From a virus (taxonomy: Duplodnaviria > Caudoviricetes): 54,482 nucleotides of DNA. Under the pieces are notes generated by a model. That model had not been told where the DNA came from. It ran no database searches and was given only the letters and a program-made list of their open reading frames with translations. The stretch is from positions 1-54,482 of IMG/VR virus record IMGVR_UViG_3300025066_000035. The stretch is one strand, 5' to 3'. A program made the position numbers and the translations under genes. Shown one piece after another: positions 18,151-28,500 of the stretch; position 1 is the stretch's first letter, and the number at the start of each line of letters is the position of its first letter.

Positions 18151-20612
18151 TAGATGACTCCTGTGAGACTAAACTGATTGATCCCAGTAGCTGCTGGGTT
18201 AATCGTGATGAAGTTGGCGCCACCTAGTCCAGCACCAATATTAAACTCTTCCGTGATGAAAGTCCACCCGTATGGGATGGGGAGAGTTCCAGAACTATCT
18301 ACCCCAACGAGAGTGTTAGGGAGCTGTAGTCGCAAGCGAACGTCGTTGGATACGATGAGGCTTCCAGTAAAGGGGTCTCGACCATAAGCTCCGAACCTTG
18401 ACTCTGCAGGAGCTACGACAATGTAGGCTCCTAGATTGTTTGTGGCATCCAGCGCATCGGGAAGGGGGAGATTCCTGTCCTTGAACACAAGCACATCACC
18501 AGTGATTTCATCAGGGTGCAAGGGGAACCATGCGCCCTCCAGCTTTGTCACAGGGTGCTGGACGTCGTCGCGCCACTCATAGAGAATGACACGCGCACCA
18601 CGCTTCAGCGCTGGGTCCCATTCCACTGCGCCCTCCTGGAACAACCATACTGAATTGCTTGCTCCAACCCAACCGGCGTTGACCGCAGTATCAAGATAGA
18701 ACCTGGTGTAGGGCTCATCGTTGCCGTCCGTTAGGCGTACCGCCTGACGGATACCAAAGTTACGAACGATGCCGGAATTATCCAGCAGCCGAAGGATGCC
18801 GTTGTTATAATCTTCAACGGTCTTGACCCAGACATCAATGTACCCAAGCCCGTAGGGCTCGGCAGCCGCACCACTAGAGAATGCGGTAGCTGTAGTGCCT
18901 GTGGACCCAAGTGTCGGATCGTGCTTCAGTACCTGGAACACCCACACTTCACCCGGGACGACAGCGGTATCAAAGTTCACAGTCATGTGAGTGTCGCTGC
19001 CAACGTGCTCGATCTTCACAACATCCATGTCCAGACTCTCTTGAGTGTATGGAGCGCTGAAGAAGCAATTGGTCTTGCCTAGCGAATTGCTGTTGGCAGA
19101 ATAACGATCCAAGGTTCCGTTAAGGAATCCAGGCCCGTCCTTGATGTAAGTAGTAAGCTGGATATCCTCTACGGGATTTCCAGCGCTATCGTAAGCGGTG
19201 GCCGTGAGCTTGCTCGTATCTGTACCGAAGAACACTGGGCCGTAGAGATTGCCTCCGATCACTTCGCTGTCAGTAGACAATACAACCTCAGCCAAGTTTG
19301 TGTCTTGGCTGACAATCTGAACGATGTTGTTTGCTTTCACATTGACCAGTGCGCGAACATCTAGCCAAGTGCTGTAGTTCGCTGATCTAAGTGCGTAGTC
19401 AGAGACCTCGTAGTCGACACGAGGAACAGCCTCGTACTTGCAGTACCAAACATCAGTGGAGGAGGCGCCGTGCTGAACATCTTCTAGGATGCTGCTGATC
19501 GCGTGCTCTGCTACGGTGGTGCCGTTATATCCTCGAACGCAGTCAATGAAAGCTTTTCTGGTCTTTGCCAAGTAGTAGATTTGTTCTGTTCCGACCTGAA
19601 TGATGCCTTGGTCTGGATAGAAGTCCAGGTCGCTGGACATAACTACAGATACTTCAGTATCTGAGATAGACAGGGCCTCATCAAGCACCAGGCCTGGAGC
19701 CTTGTAGCCACCAGTCTGGATTACACCTAGATCGTAATTGACAGAGAAGTGCTTGTCAGTCGCAGTACTGAAATTCAGATTGACCTTCTCAGTCCACTCG
19801 GTGACTACACCGAGGGAACTGATTGAAACCAAGCGGACGGACCCGGCATTGAAGGGGAAGTACTTGCTGAAGAGCGCCCGCCCATTGGCAAGACCTGCAC
19901 CCTTGTTCTCCCAGCTGTCTGCAATAACAGTCGGATCGAGAGAGTCAACTCCTCTCCTGATGGCAAAGAGCTGATTGAAGACAAGAGCGTCTCCATCGAT
20001 TGCCATCTCGCTTTTGCGAGTCTCAACAAGAGACCAGTCAACGTCAGGTAGTTCGCCAGGAGAGACGCGTTCTTGACTGTCAATGACGCCAGTGAATTCA
20101 GTTACCATCTGAATGTCACGAACGGTCATGATCTCGTAAGTCGCAGTCCTGGAGAAAATCCTGGCACTGATGCTGTCGTGTACAGCATCAGCCCTCAATG
20201 TCACTGACGTTCTGAGATCGCCTGCTACGTAGTTTGCTACGGCAGAAAAAGAGTGATCAGAGTAGAGGCTGCGAGAGTCCCAGTAGACACTAAAGGATCC
20301 AGTAGTGAATCGCGGAGTCCAGGTGAGGCAGTCGCCCACCGGTACGTTTACGATGTCTTCGTATGTAATACCGTCCAGCACTCCACTTTGCCAGTCCTCT
20401 AGCTGTGTGCCATCCAGTAGCCCCACATCATGGCCACCAGCATAAGTTAGGTATCTGGTAGTACCTAGTGCTGCGCCAGGAAGTCGGCGACGATCCCATC
20501 GCCATCCAGCAATATCTGTCTCAACAGAATGGACACCTGTCAGCGGAACGTACTTGTCAGTAGGCTCTACGTAGTTCGTTACTTCAAGAACGATACTCTT
20601 GTATTCCATCAT
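18150..20612 (-). CDS. Baseplate wedge / structural protein with Big_1-like Ig domain
   Basis: LTATAYDSAGNPVEDIQL...NSLGK resembles invasin-type Ig domains; IQVGTEQIYY...VRGYNGT is a motif common in phage structural proteins. Confidence 0.55.
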   Translation of the reverse strand: MMEYKSIVLEVTNYVEPTDKYVPLTGVHSVETDIAGWRWDRRRLPGAALGTTRYLTYAGGHDVGLLDGTQLEDWQSGVLDGITYEDIVNVPVGDCLTWTPRFTTGSFSVYWDSRSLYSDHSFSAVANYVAGDLRTSVTLRADAVHDSISARIFSRTATYEIMTVRDIQMVTEFTGVIDSQERVSPGELPDVDWSLVETRKSEMAIDGDALVFNQLFAIRRGVDSLDPTVIADSWENKGAGLANGRALFSKYFPFNAGSVRLVSISSLGVVTEWTEKVNLNFSTATDKHFSVNYDLGVIQTGGYKAPGLVLDEALSISDTEVSVVMSSDLDFYPDQGIIQVGTEQIYYLAKTRKAFIDCVRGYNGTTVAEHAISSILEDVQHGASSTDVWYCKYEAVPRVDYEVSDYALRSANYSTWLDVRALVNVKANNIVQIVSQDTNLAEVVLSTDSEVIGGNLYGPVFFGTDTSKLTATAYDSAGNPVEDIQLTTYIKDGPGFLNGTLDRYSANSNSLGKTNCFFSAPYTQESLDMDVVKIEHVGSDTHMTVNFDTAVVPGEVWVFQVLKHDPTLGSTGTTATAFSSGAAAEPYGLGYIDVWVKTVEDYNNGILRLLDNSGIVRNFGIRQAVRLTDGNDEPYTRFYLDTAVNAGWVGASNSVWLFQEGAVEWDPALKRGARVILYEWRDDVQHPVTKLEGAWFPLHPDEITGDVLVFKDRNLPLPDALDATNNLGAYIVVAPAESRFGAYGRDPFTGSLIVSNDVRLRLQLPNTLVGVDSSGTLPIPYGWTFITEEFNIGAGLGGANFITINPAATGINQFSLTGVI

Positions 20613-21490
20613 TCACCCCAGCCTAGTGGGTGCACGGCCAGAACCTGGTTGTATACCCTTGCGCCCTCAGGGGACAGCGAAGATCTTTCCAGCTCACCAG
20701 TGTCGTCTGAAATTTGCTCATCCATGTGCCTGAACTTCAAGTCAGCATCATCCAATGGCACAACGCTAACGGATTGCCAGTGCATGCGGTATGGCAGCTC
20801 AGCGTACGAGTAGCTACAAGTGCCTTGAGCAGTGCTGTAGGTAAAGACCTGGCCAGCAACATAATCTACGAAGAAGTCGCCTTCTGCTGCGACGAGAGAT
20901 ACGTCGTCAACTTCGCTGGCGAACACGCTTCGGTCAGAGAACATGATCTCAACTAGGTTCTGATGGGGGAGACGATTCTGATAGCTGCCGAGTAGCTGGA
21001 ACTGCATGCGGTATCTTTCTGTATTGTCGAAGCGCAAGTTTCTGCTACGAAGATACTGGTCGTAGTCGTCGAGCGCTGTGGCAGTAAAGTACGCGCTGGC
21101 AGCAAAGGCTGCAAGAACGTCCTGCAGCCACCACCCATTATCACGATCTTCGAAGAAGACTTCTACGTCAGACAATTCATTGTCATAGTCGTAGTATGCG
21201 CGCAGATATGTGCTGGTGACTTCGACTGCTGGGCGGGGCGCTAGCGGGACATCATCAGCATCCAAGACCAACTCAATATCAAAGACTGGAAGATCCAAGG
21301 CACCGATCTTTCGACCAACGCCTCTGATGTAACTAGACTGACTGGGGTCTGCAGGGTCGCGTGCTTCGTGCAGCAGTCGCTGACGATACTTATGCAGAGG
21401 CTCCTCGGGAAGCCTCTGCAGTCCAAGACGCAAGCCTGCTTCATCAAGCCCCACAGGAAGGGCAGTCTTGTCGGGAGTATAAGTGCCCAT
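20609..21490 (-). CDS. Baseplate wedge protein
   Basis: GLDEAGLRLGLQRLPEEPLHKYRQRL matches the LD..G...G..R...E....YR.RL wedge motif; follows the baseplate J-like gene. Confidence 0.65.
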   Translation of the reverse strand: MGTYTPDKTALPVGLDEAGLRLGLQRLPEEPLHKYRQRLLHEARDPADPSQSSYIRGVGRKIGALDLPVFDIELVLDADDVPLAPRPAVEVTSTYLRAYYDYDNELSDVEVFFEDRDNGWWLQDVLAAFAASAYFTATALDDYDQYLRSRNLRFDNTERYRMQFQLLGSYQNRLPHQNLVEIMFSDRSVFASEVDDVSLVAAEGDFFVDYVAGQVFTYSTAQGTCSYSYAELPYRMHWQSVSVVPLDDADLKFRHMDEQISDDTGELERSSLSPEGARVYNQVLAVHPLGWGE

Positions 21491-23085
21491 CAGTAGGTAA
21501 CCTCGACGGAATCGTAATTCGATCGCATTAGAATGCGATCAGTGCGGGTGTCGGCGGTCCACCCGTCTACGAACTCCTCAAAGTATTTTACCTCACTACC
21601 CTGGGTTACGCCAAGATAACCTTCCTTGCTGAACCCTACGGCAGTAGGAGAGACCACGCCGGTGGCCAATGAGACATCTGCAGTCATGCTGCTAGCTTGT
21701 ACGGCAGTAACGTAAACAGTGGTGTCGACGTTGCTCACGGTGGTGAGCGTGTACTCCCACTGGCCGAGCTGATCGTACTCTGTGGAGAACCTGATGTCAG
21801 ACCAACTGCCTTCTGGCAAACGGGCAGATGGGTTAGGCGCAGCAATGTACGCTTGAGCCAAAGCCCAGGTTGTCTTATCTGACTGAAGGTACTCAACAAC
21901 TCCTGCAGGGTCGCGGCGCTTCACTTCAATCTTTGTGATGTTTTGGCGCAATCGAGCGAAGTGGGTGTACAGGTATTCTGTATCTCCAAATTTTGCTCGA
22001 TGACGAAGAGGAACCAGCTCAATGTACGTGCTATCAGTCTCAATATCAGTGGAATTAAACACCGAGAATGAAGAGAGCTCATGGTCGTAAACGTGCACAT
22101 TGCCCTGACTATCCAAGACATACATCTTGGACGTCTGGTGATTGATCGCCAAATCAACTGCTGTATACGGGTTACCTGAAGAGTTCAAAAGAACTACTTC
22201 TGCCAGGGTCTCAACGTTGCTCGCAAGCTCAATCCCCGCTCTGCGGTATTGCTCACCAAGCTTGAGCCGTGGTGACGCGTACTCTACGTAAGAATACGTA
22301 GGGCCTCCAACTACCTGGGTAGATAGAGAAAGCCTGAGCTGGCCCTCGAAATCGTCAAAGATTGCTACTCTGTATGGATCTGGTTCAAAGCTTTGTGCGT
22401 TCGAGAACCATTCAATCAATACATCGCCATCGAAGCCTTCAACGACAACTTCAGTGACGGTCTTGTAGATGTTGCGGGTACAGTACACTCCTTCGTCTAG
22501 GATGCGAACATACTCGCGGATAGTGATGTCATTCTCGTCTGTGCCTACAATCTGAATTACATGCCTGCCGCTGTACTCTCTGTCGCTGACGCTTGTGCGC
22601 TTAGCGAAGAAGGTGGTGTTGGTAATGTCAATGTATAGGCGTTCGGGCCTTGAGAGGGCCCCGTACGTATAGGGTGCCGCACTCGACCAGACAGTGAATG
22701 AAGAATAGGTTTGAGAGTCTACCTCCGCAATACGTGCAGGAGCGGCATTTAGTAGCGTGATCAGGTCTTCGTGCTGAGTCAGCGTATAGTCAACAGCATC
22801 CAACGTTCCCACAACTGTGGGGTAAATGTAGCTGAACGCACCTGTCGTGGTATCGGTCTTCTGAAAGATGTCGTCTTCGTCCAGATACAAGCTCCACAGG
22901 TACCCAATGCCAAGGTAGGGCTTGAGCAAGTGAGGATCATCAGACAGCTTGCGTGCAGTAATGCTTTGCTCCGCAGTCACTTCTGCGAAAGTGTCCAGGA
23001 GTCGATGACCTAGTGAGCTTGGGTCTCTCCGAATCTTAGTCCAGAGAGGAAAGGCATTTGCTAGTCGTTGTGTACGGAAAGACAT
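21490..23085 (-). CDS. Baseplate wedge / structural protein
   Basis: 531 aa directly downstream of the baseplate J-like gene; helical N-terminus (RLANAFPLW) then beta-rich. Confidence 0.55.
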   Translation of the reverse strand: MSFRTQRLANAFPLWTKIRRDPSSLGHRLLDTFAEVTAEQSITARKLSDDPHLLKPYLGIGYLWSLYLDEDDIFQKTDTTTGAFSYIYPTVVGTLDAVDYTLTQHEDLITLLNAAPARIAEVDSQTYSSFTVWSSAAPYTYGALSRPERLYIDITNTTFFAKRTSVSDREYSGRHVIQIVGTDENDITIREYVRILDEGVYCTRNIYKTVTEVVVEGFDGDVLIEWFSNAQSFEPDPYRVAIFDDFEGQLRLSLSTQVVGGPTYSYVEYASPRLKLGEQYRRAGIELASNVETLAEVVLLNSSGNPYTAVDLAINHQTSKMYVLDSQGNVHVYDHELSSFSVFNSTDIETDSTYIELVPLRHRAKFGDTEYLYTHFARLRQNITKIEVKRRDPAGVVEYLQSDKTTWALAQAYIAAPNPSARLPEGSWSDIRFSTEYDQLGQWEYTLTTVSNVDTTVYVTAVQASSMTADVSLATGVVSPTAVGFSKEGYLGVTQGSEVKYFEEFVDGWTADTRTDRILMRSNYDSVEVTY

Positions 23086-23091
23086 ACGAAC

Positions 23092-24315
23092 TCAGAGGTA
23101 GGTTACAGTAAGAGCGCCAAGGTCAGCAAACTCGTCTTGGTCCATGCTGTAGGAACCGTTTTCTAGCAGGTCTCGCTCTGTAGCGACACCACCAGACGGA
23201 CCTCGACGGATGTAGACTGTCTTGAAAATATCAGAAGGCTTACCAAGGGATGTCAGACGCACCGATCCTTGAGTGTAAGTCTGCACTTCCTTTGCAGCTT
23301 GTAGGAGCGCAATGGAGGAGTTGATCCCCGCGCTTCTAAAGTGATTCCTCAGTGCTCTCTTCATTGTCGCTTCCACTTGTCGCTTCTCTGCGCTTGAGAG
23401 CGCTCGAAGCGCCTTCACTTCCATTTCCAAATCAAAGTAAACTGCTGTCGCAGCTGTTGTTGAAATCTCCATCCCTGGCCCAGACAGATCGTTCATACGA
23501 GCTTGTACCGCCCTCACTAGGGCAGGATTGCTTTGGTTCTCTGCACCAAGGATCACTACACCCACGGTTCCAATGCCAAAGAGACCACTAAAGATTCTAG
23601 TGTCTAGTACACCCGGAACCCGCAAGGCAGTCAGATGTAGCTTGGTGAAGTTACTGGTGGCTAGCGTGTCATAGTACCGGCTGAGTCTGAACCGGTAGTT
23701 CCTGTCGTTCTCTTGTGCCCTGCCATTCAGCAAACTGTAGAAGTTCACTACCTTCAGTCCTGTTCCGGCGACGTAGTTAGTGAAGTTGTGGTTCCTCATG
23801 ACCGAGGAACCAACGTTCCCAATGGGGCCACTAGCTTCGCAGCGAGCCCCAAGGAACTGGAGGGTACCGGCAGCCGATAGAGTAACGGCCTGGGTGGTGA
23901 GGTAGCTGACTTCTGCTCCCAATTCGTTTTGGTCGGCATCTGAGTAGATGCGAGTGCCTGCTGGGATCACAATATCTGCTGCACCGTTGAGGTCACCGAA
24001 TGTTCCAGAGCTAACGTAGAAGGCGAAGTTCTGGTCGGTCCTGTGGCCCTCAGCAAATGTTTCAGCTAGCCTGGGAACGCCCATGTCCTGACCAATGAGA
24101 TCAAGCTGGTCTCCTCGGGCGTTAGAGATCTGGTTAGCATAGAACGCAGTAATGGCCTCATTGCGCGCACCAACAACCTGGTCCAGGAAGACCTGGATCA
24201 GTGCGTCAGACTTGGAGTCGGCATCAAAGTCTGTGATGCCAGTACGATTGGTGAATTGGCCGCGGAAGTCGCGGGCAATCAACAGTGGATTCTTTCTCTC
24301 AGGAGTGACAGGCAT
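23092..24315 (-). CDS. Baseplate J-like (T4 gp6 / P2 gpJ) wedge protein
   Basis: ARGDQLDLIG...GVPR, IPAGT, GPIGNV, GRAQENDRNYRFRL, ALRVPGV and GIGTV are Baseplate_J hallmarks. Confidence 0.9.
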   Translation of the reverse strand: MPVTPERKNPLLIARDFRGQFTNRTGITDFDADSKSDALIQVFLDQVVGARNEAITAFYANQISNARGDQLDLIGQDMGVPRLAETFAEGHRTDQNFAFYVSSGTFGDLNGAADIVIPAGTRIYSDADQNELGAEVSYLTTQAVTLSAAGTLQFLGARCEASGPIGNVGSSVMRNHNFTNYVAGTGLKVVNFYSLLNGRAQENDRNYRFRLSRYYDTLATSNFTKLHLTALRVPGVLDTRIFSGLFGIGTVGVVILGAENQSNPALVRAVQARMNDLSGPGMEISTTAATAVYFDLEMEVKALRALSSAEKRQVEATMKRALRNHFRSAGINSSIALLQAAKEVQTYTQGSVRLTSLGKPSDIFKTVYIRRGPSGGVATERDLLENGSYSMDQDEFADLGALTVTYL

Positions 24316-24743
24316 TAGTTCCTCGGGCTGACCTTGTTGTCAGCCAGGTCATAGCTGTTGATGAGAGTGATGGTCTCTCTCTGCCCAAGCGGGGCAATGT
24401 GAACGAGGGTGGCAATTGAGGTGCGAGAAATAGGGAAGACATCTACCCGAACTTCCTGCGGGCTCAGCAAGCTCCCTCTCATTAGCTCATTTGAAATAGC
24501 GTTCTGAAGGTCACGCCCTACCTCAGGAGTGTTCGGCAGACCAGCATACTTCTTCAGTCCAGCACCAGTCTGAGGACTGCCCTGCCAATCTCCCTTGGAG
24601 CTTTGCAGTCGAGCTTGAACCCTTTGGATTGCGCCACGATAGTTTTCGTCGCGAGTGTCTTTGAGGTCCAACTCGACTTCGTCTAGGACGAAGTCTCCAG
24701 AAGAACTCCACTTCAGGTCGTGCATGTCGCGTAGTCTGCTCAT
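24315..24743 (-). CDS. Baseplate gp25/GPW-like sheath initiator
   Basis: DLKW...GDFVL...DL and RLQSSKGDWQGSPQTGAGL; 142 aa immediately upstream of the J-like gene. Confidence 0.8.
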   Translation of the reverse strand: MSRLRDMHDLKWSSSGDFVLDEVELDLKDTRDENYRGAIQRVQARLQSSKGDWQGSPQTGAGLKKYAGLPNTPEVGRDLQNAISNELMRGSLLSPQEVRVDVFPISRTSIATLVHIAPLGQRETITLINSYDLADNKVSPRN

Positions 24744-24752
24744 TAGTTCTCC

Positions 24753-25121
24753 TTAAATCAAGCCCACAAGAAGTGCGGCGGTAGAAACGATAGTAGGTAG
24801 CTGCTCAACAAAGGGCGGAATGATTAGCTGCATCGGCATTGCAGTGTACGTGGTACTGGGAATCATGGTCAGAGGCCAGGGAAGATCCTGAATCATTCCA
24901 GCGTACTTCATGCTACTGCTCATTCCCTGGATGCTGATGACAGATGGAGTGCCACCAGACATGCTGATCTTGTCTTCATGGACACTGATGAATGACTTCT
25001 GACCGACACTGGCTCTAACTTCCCCAGGGTTCCCCAGGATAGAAATAGCACTTTCAATCTTATCTTCTCCACCAACCCAGTAGCTCATGCGCCAGGTCTT
25101 TTGTGGTCTTTGATCTGCCAT
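24753..25121 (-). CDS. Putative baseplate spike component
   Basis: Short beta-strand repeats (SFISVHEDKISMSG) and a hydrophobic C-terminus; lies between the hub and gp25-like genes. Confidence 0.4.
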   Translation of the reverse strand: MADQRPQKTWRMSYWVGGEDKIESAISILGNPGEVRASVGQKSFISVHEDKISMSGGTPSVISIQGMSSSMKYAGMIQDLPWPLTMIPSTTYTAMPMQLIIPPFVEQLPTIVSTAALLVGLI

Positions 25122-25555
25122 TAAAAAATCCCTGAGATATCGAGCGTAGAAGTCTCGGATGAGAATCCACGAAGCTTTCTTGTTGGCTGCCCGCTGACGA
25201 CTAGGCGACCGTCTTCAGGGCGCAGGCCGTTATACAAGATCATACCTCGAAGTCCTTCAAGAAGCACGCTGTTGCCGAATGTAGATAGCAACTGGGCTTC
25301 TGATTCCCTGAAGCCCACTACGAGCTCTTTCCCGGATCGAATGATTCGAACCTTAGCGAACAACGTGCCAGGCTCTCTTCTGATGTAAGGTACCAAGTCG
25401 CCAGGCACACCATCAGACTTCAGTACGTCAGCGTCATAAACCTTTAGGATCAGTACTGCAGCTTGGTTGCGACCGGCAATGTCCGGTCGCTTCTTGTGCT
25501 GGGTTGCTCGTCTCCGAGCTTCCTGTAGGGCGTTTTGCGGAATGGTAGAAGGCAT
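25121..25555 (-). CDS. Putative baseplate spike N-terminal (OB-fold-like) component
   Basis: Beta-rich 144-aa ORF directly after the hub, in the gpV/gp5 position. Assigned mainly by synteny. Confidence 0.35.
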   Translation of the reverse strand: MPSTIPQNALQEARRRATQHKKRPDIAGRNQAAVLILKVYDADVLKSDGVPGDLVPYIRREPGTLFAKVRIIRSGKELVVGFRESEAQLLSTFGNSVLLEGLRGMILYNGLRPEDGRLVVSGQPTRKLRGFSSETSTLDISGIF

Positions 25556-28500
25556 TATCCTTCCTCCCCTGTTAGCTGAGCGTATGCGATCTTAGACTCA
25601 TCGGCGAAGTTGCCGCGTGGGTCGAGGCCCCCAGCGTTCAACCTCCTCCAACTATGAGTGCCGTACAGTCTCCAGATATCAGTCAGGTCGCGAGTACCAC
25701 TGATGTGATCATCTGCCCAACGACCTAGGTCGCCCTTGAAGTTGTTCCAGATCATTGAGGGGTCAGACAGGTTTAGGCCGGAGACAATTGGATGACCATT
25801 CTTCATTAGTGGAATCATCATGATTGAGTCGCCTCTCAAGCAACTCAAGAACAAGACTGGTCCACCAAGTAGCCACTGCAGTGAAGGTGTTGCTGTTCCG
25901 GCCATGCCCATTAGGGCAGCACCGGAACCGAAGACAGCAAGACCAGTAGCTGATGCACCAGCCACTCTTGTGAAGGCAGAGACCTCAGCTCCAAGCTGGG
26001 GGACCGCCTTGAGAACAAAGGGCGCAGCCTTGAACGCCACACCAGCCGCAGCCAGTGAGGCTCCAGCGACTAGCCAGCGACTAGCGTCATTAAACTTCCC
26101 TCGCAAACCTAGCGCCTTCTTGACCTCTCCACCAAGAGCATCAATGTCCGCAGCATCACTGGTCCCGTCCTCTAGAGCAAAGGCATCGAATGGACTGATG
26201 GCATCAACGCGCTCCTGGAGGTGCTCGGCATATTCTGTAGAGCCACCCGCTCCCTTACCAAGCAACCAGTCAACAGCGTGAGCGATGCTACCGGCTTCAC
26301 TAAGGCGCAGGCCCTGGTAAGAGTCTTCGACATCCTTGGTCGCCAGAGACATCATCTTCATGGCCTCAAGTACAGGCCAGCTACTAATCTCATTCGCAAG
26401 CACAACGGCTCCGGGCTTGATCTCTGTGATGAAGCCAGTCTCGTGACTGAAGCTGTGCACTACCTGCTCGACCTCGACTGGTCCAACCATATCGTTGTAG
26501 GAGTCAGACAGGATGCAAATATCCCAGGGCCTAATGCGCGCGTTGCCTAGGGAAATAAGTTCGCCACGATACATGTCCCTCATGGTGTGCAGTAGCGCAC
26601 CGACTCCATAGCGCATTGCCATGCCGTAACCACGGACATTGTATGACGGCTCAAGAGGGAGGACCCTAAGCTTGTGATCAGGAATGAAGGCATGGGCCTT
26701 GAATAGCTCAGAGCCGGCTGGACCGTCAGCGTAATCGTCGCCAAAGTAAGTGACGTCGACTGCATTGTACACTGCGTTCTCACTGCTAATAAGCCCGTTC
26801 CAAACTAGGTCATGGTCAGAAGACAGGCTGTGGTAGCGGCGGAAAGGCTCGAACCTCAAGTTAAGGGCACTCATGTACTCGAGGATAGCATGGGTGCTAA
26901 GCAGGGTGTTAACAGCTGCCTTGTAGAAGCGACTGTCTTCCACAGGCACGTCGCTAGCGAGCACAACAGGGTCGGCACCAAGAAGTGCGCCAGATTGGTA
27001 GCCGCCAGTAGAGTCAGCCACATTGTCTGAAGTCAGCACAGTGCCCTGTCCGGCTGCGACTTCTCGAATGAAGAAGTCGGCACCATTCTCACTGCTAACG
27101 CGATACCCTTCCTCGACAGCTGCGTTGCGAGCAGACAGGATTAGAGAGTCGTTGATTTCTTCAACAGTGTATCCTCCACCATACTCGTCGCCATACAGCA
27201 TACGGAATTCATCGATAGTAATATCTGGATCATCTCCGTCAGAACTCAGAAGTCTATGCAGGTCATTGGCTCGGGAGATAAATGTATTGTCTGCTGGACG
27301 CGCCCAGTACCGCTGACTAGGAACACCGAAGAACATTGTGTATCGGAACTTGTTGCCATACGGACGAGTACCATAGATCCAGCCAGGATGACGCAGGGAC
27401 ATCTCATGGAAGATGTCCCAGATCGTCTGACCAGTTACGGCAAACTCACACAAGTTAGGATCAACGCGCTTATCCAGCGCATCGTAGCCTCCAGCCCAAC
27501 GTGCAGCGCTGTAGCCCATCTCGTCGCTGTAGGTGAATGCACTTACCCCCGTGCGGACAGTCCACAGACCCAATTGCTTCAACTGTTCCTTGAATCCATT
27601 ATCAAAAGTTTCCATGTAGTCTTTTGGATGTGGGGGGTACAGGTTGTCATCCTGAGGGCTCAGGAACAAGCTGACTTCCTTGCTTCGAAAGTATGCCTTC
27701 ACTCTGTCGATTTTCGGCTGGATCCACGGCTCGGTAAACGCAATGAACAGGTCGACGCCAAGGGCGGCACCTGAGACACCAGCAATACCAATCGGAACAG
27801 TAGTGATAAATCCTCGGAAGACGTTCTTCACTGGCTGCATTCCGATACCCATTACGAAGTCGGTAGTGAGCCCCACAGTAGCTGAAGGGTTTGTCATCCA
27901 CATGCCCTTGAAGCCCAGGTTCAGAACTTCTGTATCAGCCTTGGCCATGATCTCGGCTGCTTTTCCAGGGGCCTTCCCCTTGGCGCTGCGAGCGGCAGTC
28001 GCGTAGATGGCCCTAGCTTGGTGCACATACAAGTCTCCGACTTGCTTCTTTGCGCCAAGGCGCTGTAGAAATTTGTAGATCACGTTTCTTTGGCCAGCGT
28101 TCTTTGCCATGACAGCACTGATGTCGCCAGTAGCAATGACACCTTCTCCAGCATTGAACACGACACCAGGCGCTCGCCGTTCAGCAGTCCGCACTAGCTG
28201 CCTAAGCCAGGCGCCTTGACCGATACCAGAGCCAGTGAGACCCAAGGCAGCAAGCACGTCATCAGCCCACTTTGCTCGGCCAAGGGTGTTGCCTAGGCTA
28301 CGGAACAGCTTACCTGCGCCTGGCGCTCGGCTAATCACAGCTCCACCTGCGATGATCACGGCTGCTGTGATCACAGGGTGGTCGAGCATCCACTTGAGAG
28401 AAGCGTTAGCAACCTTGAACCGACCAAGAAACGCGTCACGAGAATAGTCGTTGAAGTCCAAGCGAGCGTCACTCCCCTCTCCAAGCTGGTACAATTGACC

